DNA from: Tolypothrix carrinoi HA7290-LM1 | Lineage (GTDB): Bacteria > Cyanobacteriota > Cyanobacteriia > Cyanobacteriales > Nostocaceae | Assembly: GCA_019358935.1 (NCBI GenBank) | Contig: JAHHIK010000151.1 | Span: forward strand, 1-16,101 | Reading direction: 5' to 3' | Length of the DNA: 16,101 bases | In this document: one piece after another, positions 7,164 to 16,009 of the stretch | Layout of the letters: each line of letters begins with the position of its first letter | Position numbering within the stretch: the stretch's first letter is position 1 | The notes under the pieces: model-generated | Database searches by the model: none | The model's input: only the letters and a program-made list of their open reading frames with translations | Told to the model about the DNA's origin: nothing | Made by a program: the position numbers and the translations under genes

Positions 7164-8998
7164 AAACCTCCTGAAAGGGTTGCAGCGCGAATCGCCTCAA
7201 TGGGGAATTTCGGCGTGCGATCGCTATACAACAATCCGTTTGCTTCTTGAAAGGTATCCGTGAACTGCGTATAACAAAAGCCGCTGAATATCTCAATACT
7301 ATTGATACTTTCCAGCAAGGCAGTATATTTCATTTGTAGCTCGGAGATATTCCAGCAGCGCTCATATCCCCAAACTTTGTTAGCATCGGGGTTAGTCTCA
7401 GGAGCATAGGCAATACCGCCAAACTCGGTCAGCATTATTGGCTGTCCTTGATGAGGATAGTTGTCTAAGGTCAAGATACGCCCTCCGGGACGCTTGTGAT
7501 CGAATAAATCTGATAGCTTGACTTCCGGTCCATAGCGAGCAGTCAAGTGAGAAGGATTCGTGTCATAATCATGCAGAGCGAGAATGTCAGTATCTGTACT
7601 TTCCCAGCCATCGTTACCAATTACTGGGCGAGTCGGATCTAGCGTCTTTGTCAAGTGAAACATTGCTAAAACGTAGTTCCGGTGAGCTTGGGTTTCGACC
7701 AGATTCGGAACTCCCCAAGATTCGTTAAACGGCACCCAAGCCACGATACACGGGTGGTTGACGTCACGTTTGATGACTTCAGTCCACTCTTTGGTGGTGC
7801 GCTCAACTGCTTTAGGCGAGAAGCGATAGGCACTGGGCATCTCCTCCCATACTAACAGCCCTAACACGTCTGCCCAATATAAAAAGCGGGGGTCTTCAAT
7901 TTTTTGGTGCTTGCGGACACCGTTGAAACCCATTGCTTTGGCGAGTTCTACATCTCGTCGCAACGCTTCATCATCGGGTGCGGTCATGAGGCTATCATGC
8001 CAGTAGCCTTGATCGAGAACCAAGCGCAAATAGTAGGGACGACCGTTAAGCATAAAGCGATCGCGCTGGATGCTCACAGTTCGCAGTGCTGTATAAGTTT
8101 TAACTTCATCCAGTAGTTCGCCTTTATACCACAATTCTATATCAGCATCAATCAGGGTTGGCTTTTCCGGACTCCACAGCAATTCGTTGCGGTAGTCGTC
8201 TATACCTGGATCGGAAAGGGTGATACGGCGACTAACTTCGCCGTTGAATACTTCATAAGTATCGTTCGCCAGCAGGCGATCGCCAACGCTCAATTTTACC
8301 TTTATTTGTATCCCCGAAGCTGGAGCATCACCCGCTAGAGCCGCGTAACAACCAATTTCCCACCGCTCGAAGTCGGGAGTCCAGCGGATGTGATCTATAT
8401 AAGTCGCACCTACACGTTCAACCCAGACTGTCTGCCAAATACCGCTGGTGCGAGGATACCAAATACTGTGCGGTTCAAGTTGCCAATCCTGCTTTCCTCT
8501 AGGTTTGGCGAGGTCATAAGGGTCATCCTGCGCCCAGACTGTTACTTTTGTTATACCGCTGTCATTCAAGACATGGGTAATATCGAGGGTGAAATTGGTA
8601 TGTCCACCTTCATGTTCAGCTATGTATTGACCGTTAACCCAGACACGAGCGCGATAGTCTACAGCACCGAAGTGCAGCAATAACCTACCCTCGCTGGGTG
8701 GCGTTTCAAATTCCCGCTCGTACCAGCAATTTGGGTGAAATCCTGTGTCCCCAATACCACTTTTGGTAGATTCGGGAGCAAAGGGAACTTCTATATAATC
8801 TGTCCACTGACTAATGTCGCTGGGTTGAATGCATTTGCCTTCGTCATCAAATGCGAACTTCCACAGACCGTTTAGATTTTGCCAATGCGATCGCCGCAAC
8901 TGCGGACGCGGGTATGCCGTTTCTCTCAAACCGAAATTCGTCTGATTATCGGCATTAGAGGTTAGTCCGACCTCAAGATTGTCTAACTTCAACTTCAT
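7142..8998 (-). CDS. Glycoside hydrolase family 2 (beta-galactosidase/galactofuranosidase-like)
   Basis: Motifs are LNGLWKF, LHFGAVDY, SGIWQTVW, GFNGVRKH, acid/base FNE and nucleophile TEFGG. No signal peptide is evident. Confidence 0.92.
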   Translation of the reverse strand: MKLKLDNLEVGLTSNADNQTNFGLRETAYPRPQLRRSHWQNLNGLWKFAFDDEGKCIQPSDISQWTDYIEVPFAPESTKSGIGDTGFHPNCWYEREFETPPSEGRLLLHFGAVDYRARVWVNGQYIAEHEGGHTNFTLDITHVLNDSGITKVTVWAQDDPYDLAKPRGKQDWQLEPHSIWYPRTSGIWQTVWVERVGATYIDHIRWTPDFERWEIGCYAALAGDAPASGIQIKVKLSVGDRLLANDTYEVFNGEVSRRITLSDPGIDDYRNELLWSPEKPTLIDADIELWYKGELLDEVKTYTALRTVSIQRDRFMLNGRPYYLRLVLDQGYWHDSLMTAPDDEALRRDVELAKAMGFNGVRKHQKIEDPRFLYWADVLGLLVWEEMPSAYRFSPKAVERTTKEWTEVIKRDVNHPCIVAWVPFNESWGVPNLVETQAHRNYVLAMFHLTKTLDPTRPVIGNDGWESTDTDILALHDYDTNPSHLTARYGPEVKLSDLFDHKRPGGRILTLDNYPHQGQPIMLTEFGGIAYAPETNPDANKVWGYERCWNISELQMKYTALLESINSIEIFSGFCYTQFTDTFQEANGLLYSDRTPKFPIEAIRAATLSGGLCTPTSC

Positions 8999-9360
8999 CG
9001 AAATCTCTTCTCAACTCTACTACAGAATGAATTTTGGAAAATTCGCCTTTTTTTCAAGGTTTACAAATATTGCCCGTATTAACTCAAACCACACTATCCC
9101 GTGGCAGTAAATGTCGTCGGGATGGAGGGCATGGGTTAATGAGCGCGATCGCGCACTTGCCCTTTGATTGGGGGTGTCACGCGGTATTAACTTTTGGCTC
9201 GTGACATTATGGCACAACTTTGGGAAATGCGATCGCTATGAGTGGGGGAAAAAATCAGAATAAATTTTTGTTGCCTGACATCAGCAAACTGCCCCCATAT
9301 CAACTATTTTAAAGGCGGATTTGTTTAGCCAATTTTTTTTCCGGCGAAAAATATCGATGA

Positions 9361-9448
9361 AGGTAGGGGGTAGGGAGGTAGGGGGTAGGTGGGGAACCCC
9401 CATAAAGACCCCGTCCTTAAGGACGGGGACTCATTTGAGGGGTTTCAA
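9361..9448 (+). repeat. Palindromic element at the truncated 5' end of cas10
   Basis: It contains AGGTAGGGGGTAGG twice and a perfect palindrome CCCCGTCCTTAAGGACGGGG (9409-9428). It ends in TTCAA at 9448. Confidence 0.55.
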
Positions 9449-9836
9449 GCGCGTGTACCCTACTATCCCTTATCCTCAAGAAGAAAAGCCAAGTTCAGAC
9501 GACTTACAAGCGTTAAAGCAGCAAATTCACGAAAAAATCAAGTTTATTGAAAATAGCCCAGATAATTGGCAAAACTTATTGCTGTTAATGCTGATTTTAG
9601 AAAAGTTCGGTTCCTTTATCAGCTTTGGGGAAGCGGATGTAGCGTTGGTAGATAAAGCGAGAACTACCGCTGCGGTTGCGAGTGCGATAGCGCAAGCGTT
9701 GACTTGTCAGTTCGCAAATAATCCCGACGCAACTAAACTTAGTATCGTTGCGGGTGACTTATCGGGAATTCAGAAATTTATCTACACGATATCTTCCGAT
9801 GGTGCGTTAAAATCCCTTCGCGCACGCAGTTTTTAT

Positions 9837-10121
9837 CGTCGCTTCGCTCCTGGGTGTGGGGGAGCCACTGCGGTGGACGGGTTTCCACAGCAGTAAGGAG
9901 CCAGCCGCGTGGGCGGGTCTCCCGACTTGAGCGGACTGGCGTCAAGTGGCGTTGTGGGGTGTGGGGTGTGGGGAAAACTTTCATGTTTTGTACATCCCAC
10001 ACCCAGGAGCAATTGGGTTTAAAACCCCACCGTCGCAATAAGTGTCTCCAATTGGTTAGGTGCTGCACCGATCCAATTGACCCCTACACCCACTCAGCCA
10101 CCCCCAACAAGAGCTGTTCAA
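9837..10121 (+). mobile_element. Miniature palindromic non-autonomous element, copy 2, inserted in cas10
   Basis: It follows TTTAT (9832-9836), ends in CTGTTCAA and has no target duplication. Removing it fuses TAT|CTA and restores RSFYLEL. Confidence 0.88.
9862..9952 (+). repeat. Two nested ~45-nt small dispersed repeats (GAGCCA...TGGCGT)
   Basis: The outer unit is 9862-9897 plus 9943-9952 and the inner unit is 9898-9942. Removing both restores the TGTGGGG heptamer run. Confidence 0.75.
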
Positions 10122-10915
10122 CTAGAATTGGTGACGCAGGAAGTTGTTGTGCGACTACTTAGCAAATTAAAGCTTCCCCGCACCAATGTTATATATGCGG
10201 GTGGTGGAAACATCTATATATTGGCACCAGGTACTGACGCAACAAAAGATATTATAAAACAAGTTCGGATACAGTTTAACCAATGGTTGCGAAAATAATT
10301 TCAAGGACAAGTTTACCTTGCACTCGACAGTTCAAAACCGTTTACCATTGCAGATATTGCCAGCGAAGGTAAATTTGCACAACATTGCTTATACTGGACA
10401 AAACCCGGATATAACACTTTCGGGTGGAGTCAGTATTAATGATGCAAAATTTCCGCTTTACCAAGCAGCAGAAGAATAGGGAGACGCTGAAGAGATTGCC
10501 AAAGGTAATGGACGAGATAGTTTGTGTTTATTCGGTCAAGTATTTAAGTGGGATGAATGGTTAGGTATTGATAATATTGAAAAAATTAATTCAGATACTC
10601 AAGAGTATTTAAAGGAAGAAGCCAAGCCGAATTTGTTAGGGATAATGCCTTTTGTTGAACGTTTAGAATCACAGCAAATTAAACTAAACTATTCACGTAA
10701 CTTTGTGCGTAACTTGCTAGCAACAGCGCTTCAAGAACAAGCTTTGAAAAACTTTGTTTGGTGAGGAAGCTAAGAAATCAGAGGAGGCAAAAGGAACTCG
10801 CTATTATTTACATCTCCCAAAAATCGCTTATACTCTAGCTAGATTGCCGAGAGAGGTACTAAAAGATGATTTTCGTCAATCATTGAAAAATCCTTATAAC
10901 GCTCTTTACTTTTGA

Positions 10916-11167
10916 GCGATCGCACTCGCTATTAAGGAAGACGATGCGCTTGGGGGACATGGTTCACGCGGTTACGGTTCCGTACTATTCGGTGAATTTC
11001 CAATTTACAATAGCGCAACTTTGCACCCCGGTCAACAAATTACCAACACCCCACCCGGTCAATCTGGGTTACAAGAAATTGCACCCATCGCCAACACGCA
11101 AGCATTATTAGAAAACTTTGCACGTCTGCGTGACGACATTCAACGACGACTTGCACCAGGGGGTTAA
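10916..11167 (+). pseudogene. csm3: C-terminal remnant of csm3 (Cas7-group RAMP)
   Basis: Manual translation gives AIALAIKEDDALGGHGSRGYGSV... (RAMP G-rich loop), with a stop at 11165-11167 just before the csm4 ATG. Confidence 0.82.
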
Positions 11168-11169
11168 TT

Positions 11170-11644
11170 ATGACAACTTGGAAGCTGGTTAAACTCAACT
11201 TTGGGCGATCGCCTGTTCACTTTGGCGAGTTGGGTATTGGTATGGAAGAGTCGAAAGAACGGGTGCGTTCGGATACATTATTTAGTGCTTGGGTGAGTGC
11301 CTATGCGCGGTTATTTGGTAAAGAAGCAGTCGAAGCACTGTTACAGGAGTTTCAGCAAAATACATCCGTGCGGATGAGTTCGACCTTCATCTATCGAGAA
11401 GTTAATAAGCAAACAATTTTTTACCTGCCACGTCCTCTAAAATTCCCGATTAACAAACAAGGACAACGATTTGGCATTTTTCAAAACATACAAAGGACTA
11501 AACTACCTACCCCTAGAAATTTGGCAGCGATGGTATCAAACAGAAGGATTTAGTACAATCGATGTCACCCCTAGCAAATTCGGAAGACACAAAATTTACC
11601 GCAGTGGTATCAGCTTCAGCTTACCAATTAAAATCCAAATTTAA
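11170..11644 (+). pseudogene. csm4: csm4 (Cas5-group) pseudogene, frameshifted and internally deleted
   Basis: The N-terminus reads HFGELGIGMEE...SDTLFSA...SSTF...YLPRP. After a frameshift near 11460 it continues KTYKGLNYLPLEIWQRWY, then joins the C-terminal DVTPSKFGRHKIYRSGISFSLPI. Confidence 0.85.
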
Positions 11645-11704
11645 AAACCCTTCTTCTTCCTTGTCTGTTGCGGTTCAATCTTTCTTGCAAATCCCAAATC
11701 CAAA

Positions 11705-12335
11705 ATGCTTGCTTCTCCCGTCCTTAAAAAACCAGACACCGACGAGTCAAAACGGATACGCCTTGAAAGTCCGATTTTGCATATTGGTTTGTCTGTATCT
11801 CGCTTAAAGCCGTTTGAGTACGTACAGACCACCAATAAAGTATACCGGCTCAACCAAGAAGCGATCGCCAAAGCCTTCAAAAAGCAGGGAGGGCGATTTT
11901 TAGACGACTATATCCAAGCAATAAATGACCGTCAGGACATCACAAACTTGCTAAAACAAGCATTTGGTGATGAATGGTGGAACATTGTTGATACAGATGG
12001 CGCAGAAATGGTGCGGAATGTTCACACTGAATTTACCCTGACTTTAGACACAGAAATGTTGACTTGGTTTAAGCATAAACAAGCAATGCAACTACCATTT
12101 TCAACTCTCGATGAACTGATAAAAATCTGTCAAGAATTCGCTCAATATCAATGGGATTATGAACATGACTATTGGAACGATATTCAAAATAATCCTCGCG
12201 CATCTGGCAGAAATTTAGATTTTAATTATATCCGCGAATTTTACGAACCAGAAAAAAGTCCTTACGCTTTACGTCTAGGCTGGGGTAGCAAAATGACTAA
12301 AACAACTGTAGATTTACTTTTTGATAGCGAATTCT
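11705..12335 (+). pseudogene. csm5: csm5 (Cas7-group) pseudogene, internally deleted and 3'-truncated
   Basis: It has the N-terminal SPILHIG...PFEY and a late LRLGWGS motif, at only about half the usual length. The ORF runs on to 12406 in unrelated sequence. Confidence 0.8.
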
Positions 12336-12395
12336 TTACATATAGCACCGAGAGCGTATATTTCTCTTTCTCAACTAAGTCCACTATCGGTAAAA

Positions 12396-14003
12396 ATGCC
12401 CAATAAAGTGAGAAAACTTTTCCGTGAAGAAGCGTTAGAACGCTTGAACTCTCCAGAACAGCTTGACCGACTGATGCAGGTAGTCAGCCGTCAAGCCTGG
12501 GTGCCCTTGGTTTCTATGGGCTTAGTGGTAGCTGTAGCTGGCATCTGGAGTGTAGTTGGGCGAATTCCCCTCACCGTCACAGGTTCTGGCGTGTTGATTC
12601 GACCTCGTAATGTGGTACAATTTCAAGCACTTGGTGGTGGTCAATTGTTAACCCTAAACATCAAGCCAGGAGATGTAGTTAGGCAAGGTCAAGTACTTGC
12701 TACAATCGATCAATCTAATATTAAGCAACAACTACAACAAGAAAACGCAAAATTTATCCAACTGCAAGAGCAGAACCAAGACACAGATAGACTGCAAAAG
12801 CAACAAATAGTCCTAGAACAAAAAATTCTCTCTCAGCAGCAAAAAGACCTTGAAGAAAGCCTGCGTCGAGAATCAGTAGCACCAACGCTATACTCAGAAA
12901 CGCTTGCTGCGTTAGAGCAAAAACGACAAAGCCTCGAGCAAAGCTTGTCAAGAGAAAAAGTCGAGCCAGTGTTGTACAAACAAACTCTCCTTGCACTAGC
13001 AGAAAAACGCAAAAGTCTCCTAGAGCGCTCATCAAAAATTAGCTCATTACTGCAAACTTTGCAACAAAGAGTTGAAACTCGTCGTAGTCTCTTTCAACAG
13101 AAAGTGATTAGTCAGGATGTACTGCTGCAAGCCCAGCAGGACTTGTTGAACCAAGAGACGCAACTGGGGGATATTCAAACACAACTCAAAGACCTTGATG
13201 TTCAAAAAACGTCGAGCGAACGGGAATATCTACAAAATCTTAATAGAATTGATGATATCAAAAACAACATTCAAGAAATTAAAGTTCAAAAAACCAATGC
13301 AGACCGGGAATACCTGCAAAATCTGAATAAACTTGACGACATCAAAACCAAAATTAAAGATATTGAAGCCCAAAAAACCAAACTAGTTCAACAAGACTTA
13401 GAAAAATCAATAGGGAAATTAAATCAAATTCAGGAAGTAAGACGCAAGATTGCTTCCTTAAAACTGCAATTAACTCAGTCTGGACTAATTATCAGCAAAT
13501 ATGATGGTCGCGTCTTGTCAGTTGGTGTCCTCCCCGGTCAAATTGTCAGCGCAGGTACCCGGATTGGGACGATTGAAGCTGAAGACCCCAACACCAAACT
13601 GTCCAGTCTTGTTTACTTTGCTGATAAGGATGGCAAGCTTCTAAAACCTGGCATGACTGTACAGGTAACACCCAGCGTTGTCAAGCGCGATCGCTTCGGT
13701 GGAATTGTTGGGGTAGTAACGAACATTTCTCCCTTTCCCGTGACAACTCAAGATATTACAGCGCAAGTGGGTAACGAAGACTTAGCTAAAAGCCTTGCAA
13801 ATAGTAACGCGGCTCGTGTGCAAGTTTTTGTCCAACTGGAAAAAGACTCAACCACTGTCAGTGGTTACAAATGGTCTTCCTCTTCTGGACCTGCACTAAA
13901 AATTTCATCAGGTACGACTACGCAAGTTCGGGTCAAAGTTGGAGAAGTGGCTCCTATCTCTTACATTATTCCAATATTTCGCTCTTGGACTGGCATTTAT
14001 TAA
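12396..14003 (+). CDS. NHLP/bacteriocin system secretion protein (HlyD-family periplasmic adaptor)
   Basis: It begins LFREEALERLNSPEQLD, followed by one TM segment, a lipoyl-like half motif, a long coiled coil, GYKWSSS.GP and a PISYIIP end. Confidence 0.93.
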   Translation: MPNKVRKLFREEALERLNSPEQLDRLMQVVSRQAWVPLVSMGLVVAVAGIWSVVGRIPLTVTGSGVLIRPRNVVQFQALGGGQLLTLNIKPGDVVRQGQVLATIDQSNIKQQLQQENAKFIQLQEQNQDTDRLQKQQIVLEQKILSQQQKDLEESLRRESVAPTLYSETLAALEQKRQSLEQSLSREKVEPVLYKQTLLALAEKRKSLLERSSKISSLLQTLQQRVETRRSLFQQKVISQDVLLQAQQDLLNQETQLGDIQTQLKDLDVQKTSSEREYLQNLNRIDDIKNNIQEIKVQKTNADREYLQNLNKLDDIKTKIKDIEAQKTKLVQQDLEKSIGKLNQIQEVRRKIASLKLQLTQSGLIISKYDGRVLSVGVLPGQIVSAGTRIGTIEAEDPNTKLSSLVYFADKDGKLLKPGMTVQVTPSVVKRDRFGGIVGVVTNISPFPVTTQDITAQVGNEDLAKSLANSNAARVQVFVQLEKDSTTVSGYKWSSSSGPALKISSGTTTQVRVKVGEVAPISYIIPIFRSWTGIY

Positions 14004-14125
14004 TCTTAATTCGTTGTTGCTAGTAAACCTCCGAAGTGAGAGTCAATATCGATTAAAAAGCAGTGATGGAAATAGTCAAATTAGCGCACAATAAAATAAA
14101 GCTGCCTGGTCTCAAAATATGACCT

Positions 14126-14731
14126 ATGACCTACACCCCACCCAAACTCCTAACTTTCGAGCAATTTCTCACCGAGTATGGGGATAATCCCCGCTATGAA
14201 CTCATTGACGGAGAACTACGTGACATGGAACCCACAGGTCCCCACGAAGCAGTTTCAGGAAGTATTGCTGGTAAAATCTATGCAGAAATTTTTCGTTCTA
14301 ATTTAAACTGGTTGATTCCAAAAAGTTGTCTAATTAAACCACCAGCTGCTGAAGCTACAGCATTACGTCCAGACGTGATTGTTCTAGATCAAGCAGAACT
14401 TAAAGCGGAACCGCTTTGGCAAAAAGAACCTATTATCTGTAATGGCAGTACAATTAAGCTCGTTGCCGAAGTTGTGAGTACTAATTGGCAAGATGATTAT
14501 GCAAGAAAAGTAGAAGAATATGCAATTCTTGAAATCCCAGAATATTGGATTATAGACTTTCGCGGTTTGGGTGGCAAGCAATTCATCGGTAATCCAAAAC
14601 AACCCACCTTTACCGTCTGTCAACTAATTAATGGCGCATACCAGCAGCAACAATATCGCTATAGAGATGCTATTACCTCTTACCTCTTCCCGAACTTGCA
14701 ACTCAAACTCGACGATATTATGCCGCACTAA
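14126..14731 (+). CDS. Uma2 family (DUF820) PD-(D/E)XK endonuclease
   Basis: Motifs are RYELIDG, RPDV, LVAEVVS, DY..K..EY and IPEYWIID. Confidence 0.93.
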   Translation: MTYTPPKLLTFEQFLTEYGDNPRYELIDGELRDMEPTGPHEAVSGSIAGKIYAEIFRSNLNWLIPKSCLIKPPAAEATALRPDVIVLDQAELKAEPLWQKEPIICNGSTIKLVAEVVSTNWQDDYARKVEEYAILEIPEYWIIDFRGLGGKQFIGNPKQPTFTVCQLINGAYQQQQYRYRDAITSYLFPNLQLKLDDIMPH

Positions 14732-14877
14732 CCCAAAACATTCGCGCTTCATTGCTGCTTTTTCAACGCGATATCGCTCCGTCATTTTTGCTTGCTACTA
14801 GAATAGCATTGCTTGATCGTGCTGCGCTCATCTTGATGAACTTGCAGCCTAGTGGCTAAGTACGGCAAAATTATCTA

Positions 14878-15996
14878 ATGCCTTTTGCCTTCATTAAAAG
14901 TATCCTACCCCAACCTAAAACCAGTCGCGTCCGTACCCCCACGCTGCTGCAAATCGAAGCAACCGAATGCGGCGCTGCTGCCCTCGGAATTATTTTAGGC
15001 TATTACTCGCGCATTGTCCCCTTGGCAGAATTGCGGCGCGAGTGTGGCGTCTCGCGAGATGGTAGCAATGCCTTTAATATCGTCAAAGCAGCGAGGAACT
15101 ATAACTTAAACGCTAAAGGTTTCAAACCGTCTCTAGAAAGTCTGAAAACCCTGCCTCCCCCCTACATTGTCTTTTGGAATTTCAACCACTTTCTCGTGGT
15201 GGAAGGGTTCAAAAAAAACCACGTCTACCTCAACGACCCAGCCACAGGACGCCGGACAGTTTCCCTAGAAGAGTTTGACCGTGCTTACACTGGCGTCGCC
15301 TTAATGATGCAACCAGGACCGGAATTTCAACCTGGAGGTCAAAAAAGTAACATTGTATCGGCATTAGCCTCACGTTTGCAACACTCACAGAGTACTATTA
15401 TATTCTGCTTTATCCCAGGGCTTTTACTGAGAGTTTTTCGGTTGGCAGTGCCAGGTTTTACTCAGGTATTTGTGGATGAAATTCTCATTTCTGAGCGAAC
15501 TGACTGGATACGTCCGCTGGTAATAGGAATGGTTCTCACTGGTGTACTGCGGGCACTACTTGCCAGACTGCGGCTTACCTACCTACGCTTGCTGATGCTG
15601 AAGTTGTCAGTCACGCTGTCGGGGCAGTTTCTCTGGCATATTCTCCGCTTGCCAGTTGGGTTTTATGCTCAACGCTTTGCAGGTGAAATCAGCAGCCGGG
15701 TGTCACTCAACGATAAAATTGCGAATGTACTCTCAGGTCGTCTTGCTACCACGGTCATCGACGCGGTGATGATGGTGTTTTACTTTCTGATTATGCTTCA
15801 GTATGACCTTGTACTGAGTGCGATCGCTGTTGGTTTTGCTGCTATCAACTTTTTCGCCCTCCAGTGGCTATCGCAAACGCGGGTGGATGCCAATATGAAG
15901 TTGGCGGCTGAATATGGTAAGGTCAATGGGGTAGCGATCGCTGGCATCCAAAATATAGAAACAATCAAAGCTTCGGGGTTAGTTGCTGTTCGCTAA
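14878..15996 (+). pseudogene. NHLP-family C39 peptidase/ABC transporter, truncated before the ATPase domain
   Basis: It has the C39 motifs QIEATECGAA, HFLVVEG and NDPA, then a TM domain. Similarity ends at ETIKASGL, followed by VAVR*. There are no Walker motifs. Confidence 0.85.
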
Positions 15997-16009
15997 TATC
16001 TGGACAAGC

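Larger units (their letters stand above)
9449..10923 (+). pseudogene. cas10: Type III-A cas10/csm1 pseudogene (5'-truncated, interrupted, internally deleted, nonsense codons)
   Basis: Fragments read GDLSGIQKFIY...LRARSFY|insert|LELVTQE...IYAGGGN, *FQGQVYLAL, AYTGQNPDITLSGG...FPLYQAAEE*, and LHLPKIAYTLAR...NPYNALYF*AIA. No GGDD motif is present. Confidence 0.9.

Noticed and set aside
9200..9217. CRP-like site CGTGA-N7-GCACA upstream of GH2
   Set aside because: Spacing and half-sites deviate from the TGTGA-N6-TCACA consensus, so it is not supportable.
9321..9448. N-terminus of ORF 9321-9896 as the real Cas10 start
   Set aside because: It is derived from G-rich repeats and a palindrome; Cas10-like sequence begins only at about 9450.
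9837..10121. Insert as an intein or self-splicing intron (length is a multiple of 3)
   Set aside because: There is an in-frame stop at 9894-9896, no intein motifs, no group I terminal G and no group II GTGCG/DV. A sister copy is intergenic.
9778..10162. ORFs 9778-10068 and 9854-10162
   Set aside because: They lie mostly within the repeat-rich insert and have no recognisable protein motifs.
9449..12335. A novel compact functional type III system
   Set aside because: In-frame stops, frameshifts and loss of GGDD and csm2 indicate decay rather than miniaturisation.
9000..12400. CRISPR array near the cas genes
   Set aside because: I found no 30-37-nt direct repeats with regular spacers; the only repeats are heptamers and hairpins.
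470..14623. Other short antisense or overlapping ORFs in the track (e.g. 470-718, 2239-2547, 5302-5592, 8390-8683, 12754-13035, 14384-14623)
   Set aside because: They are shadow ORFs of well-supported genes and have no motifs of their own.
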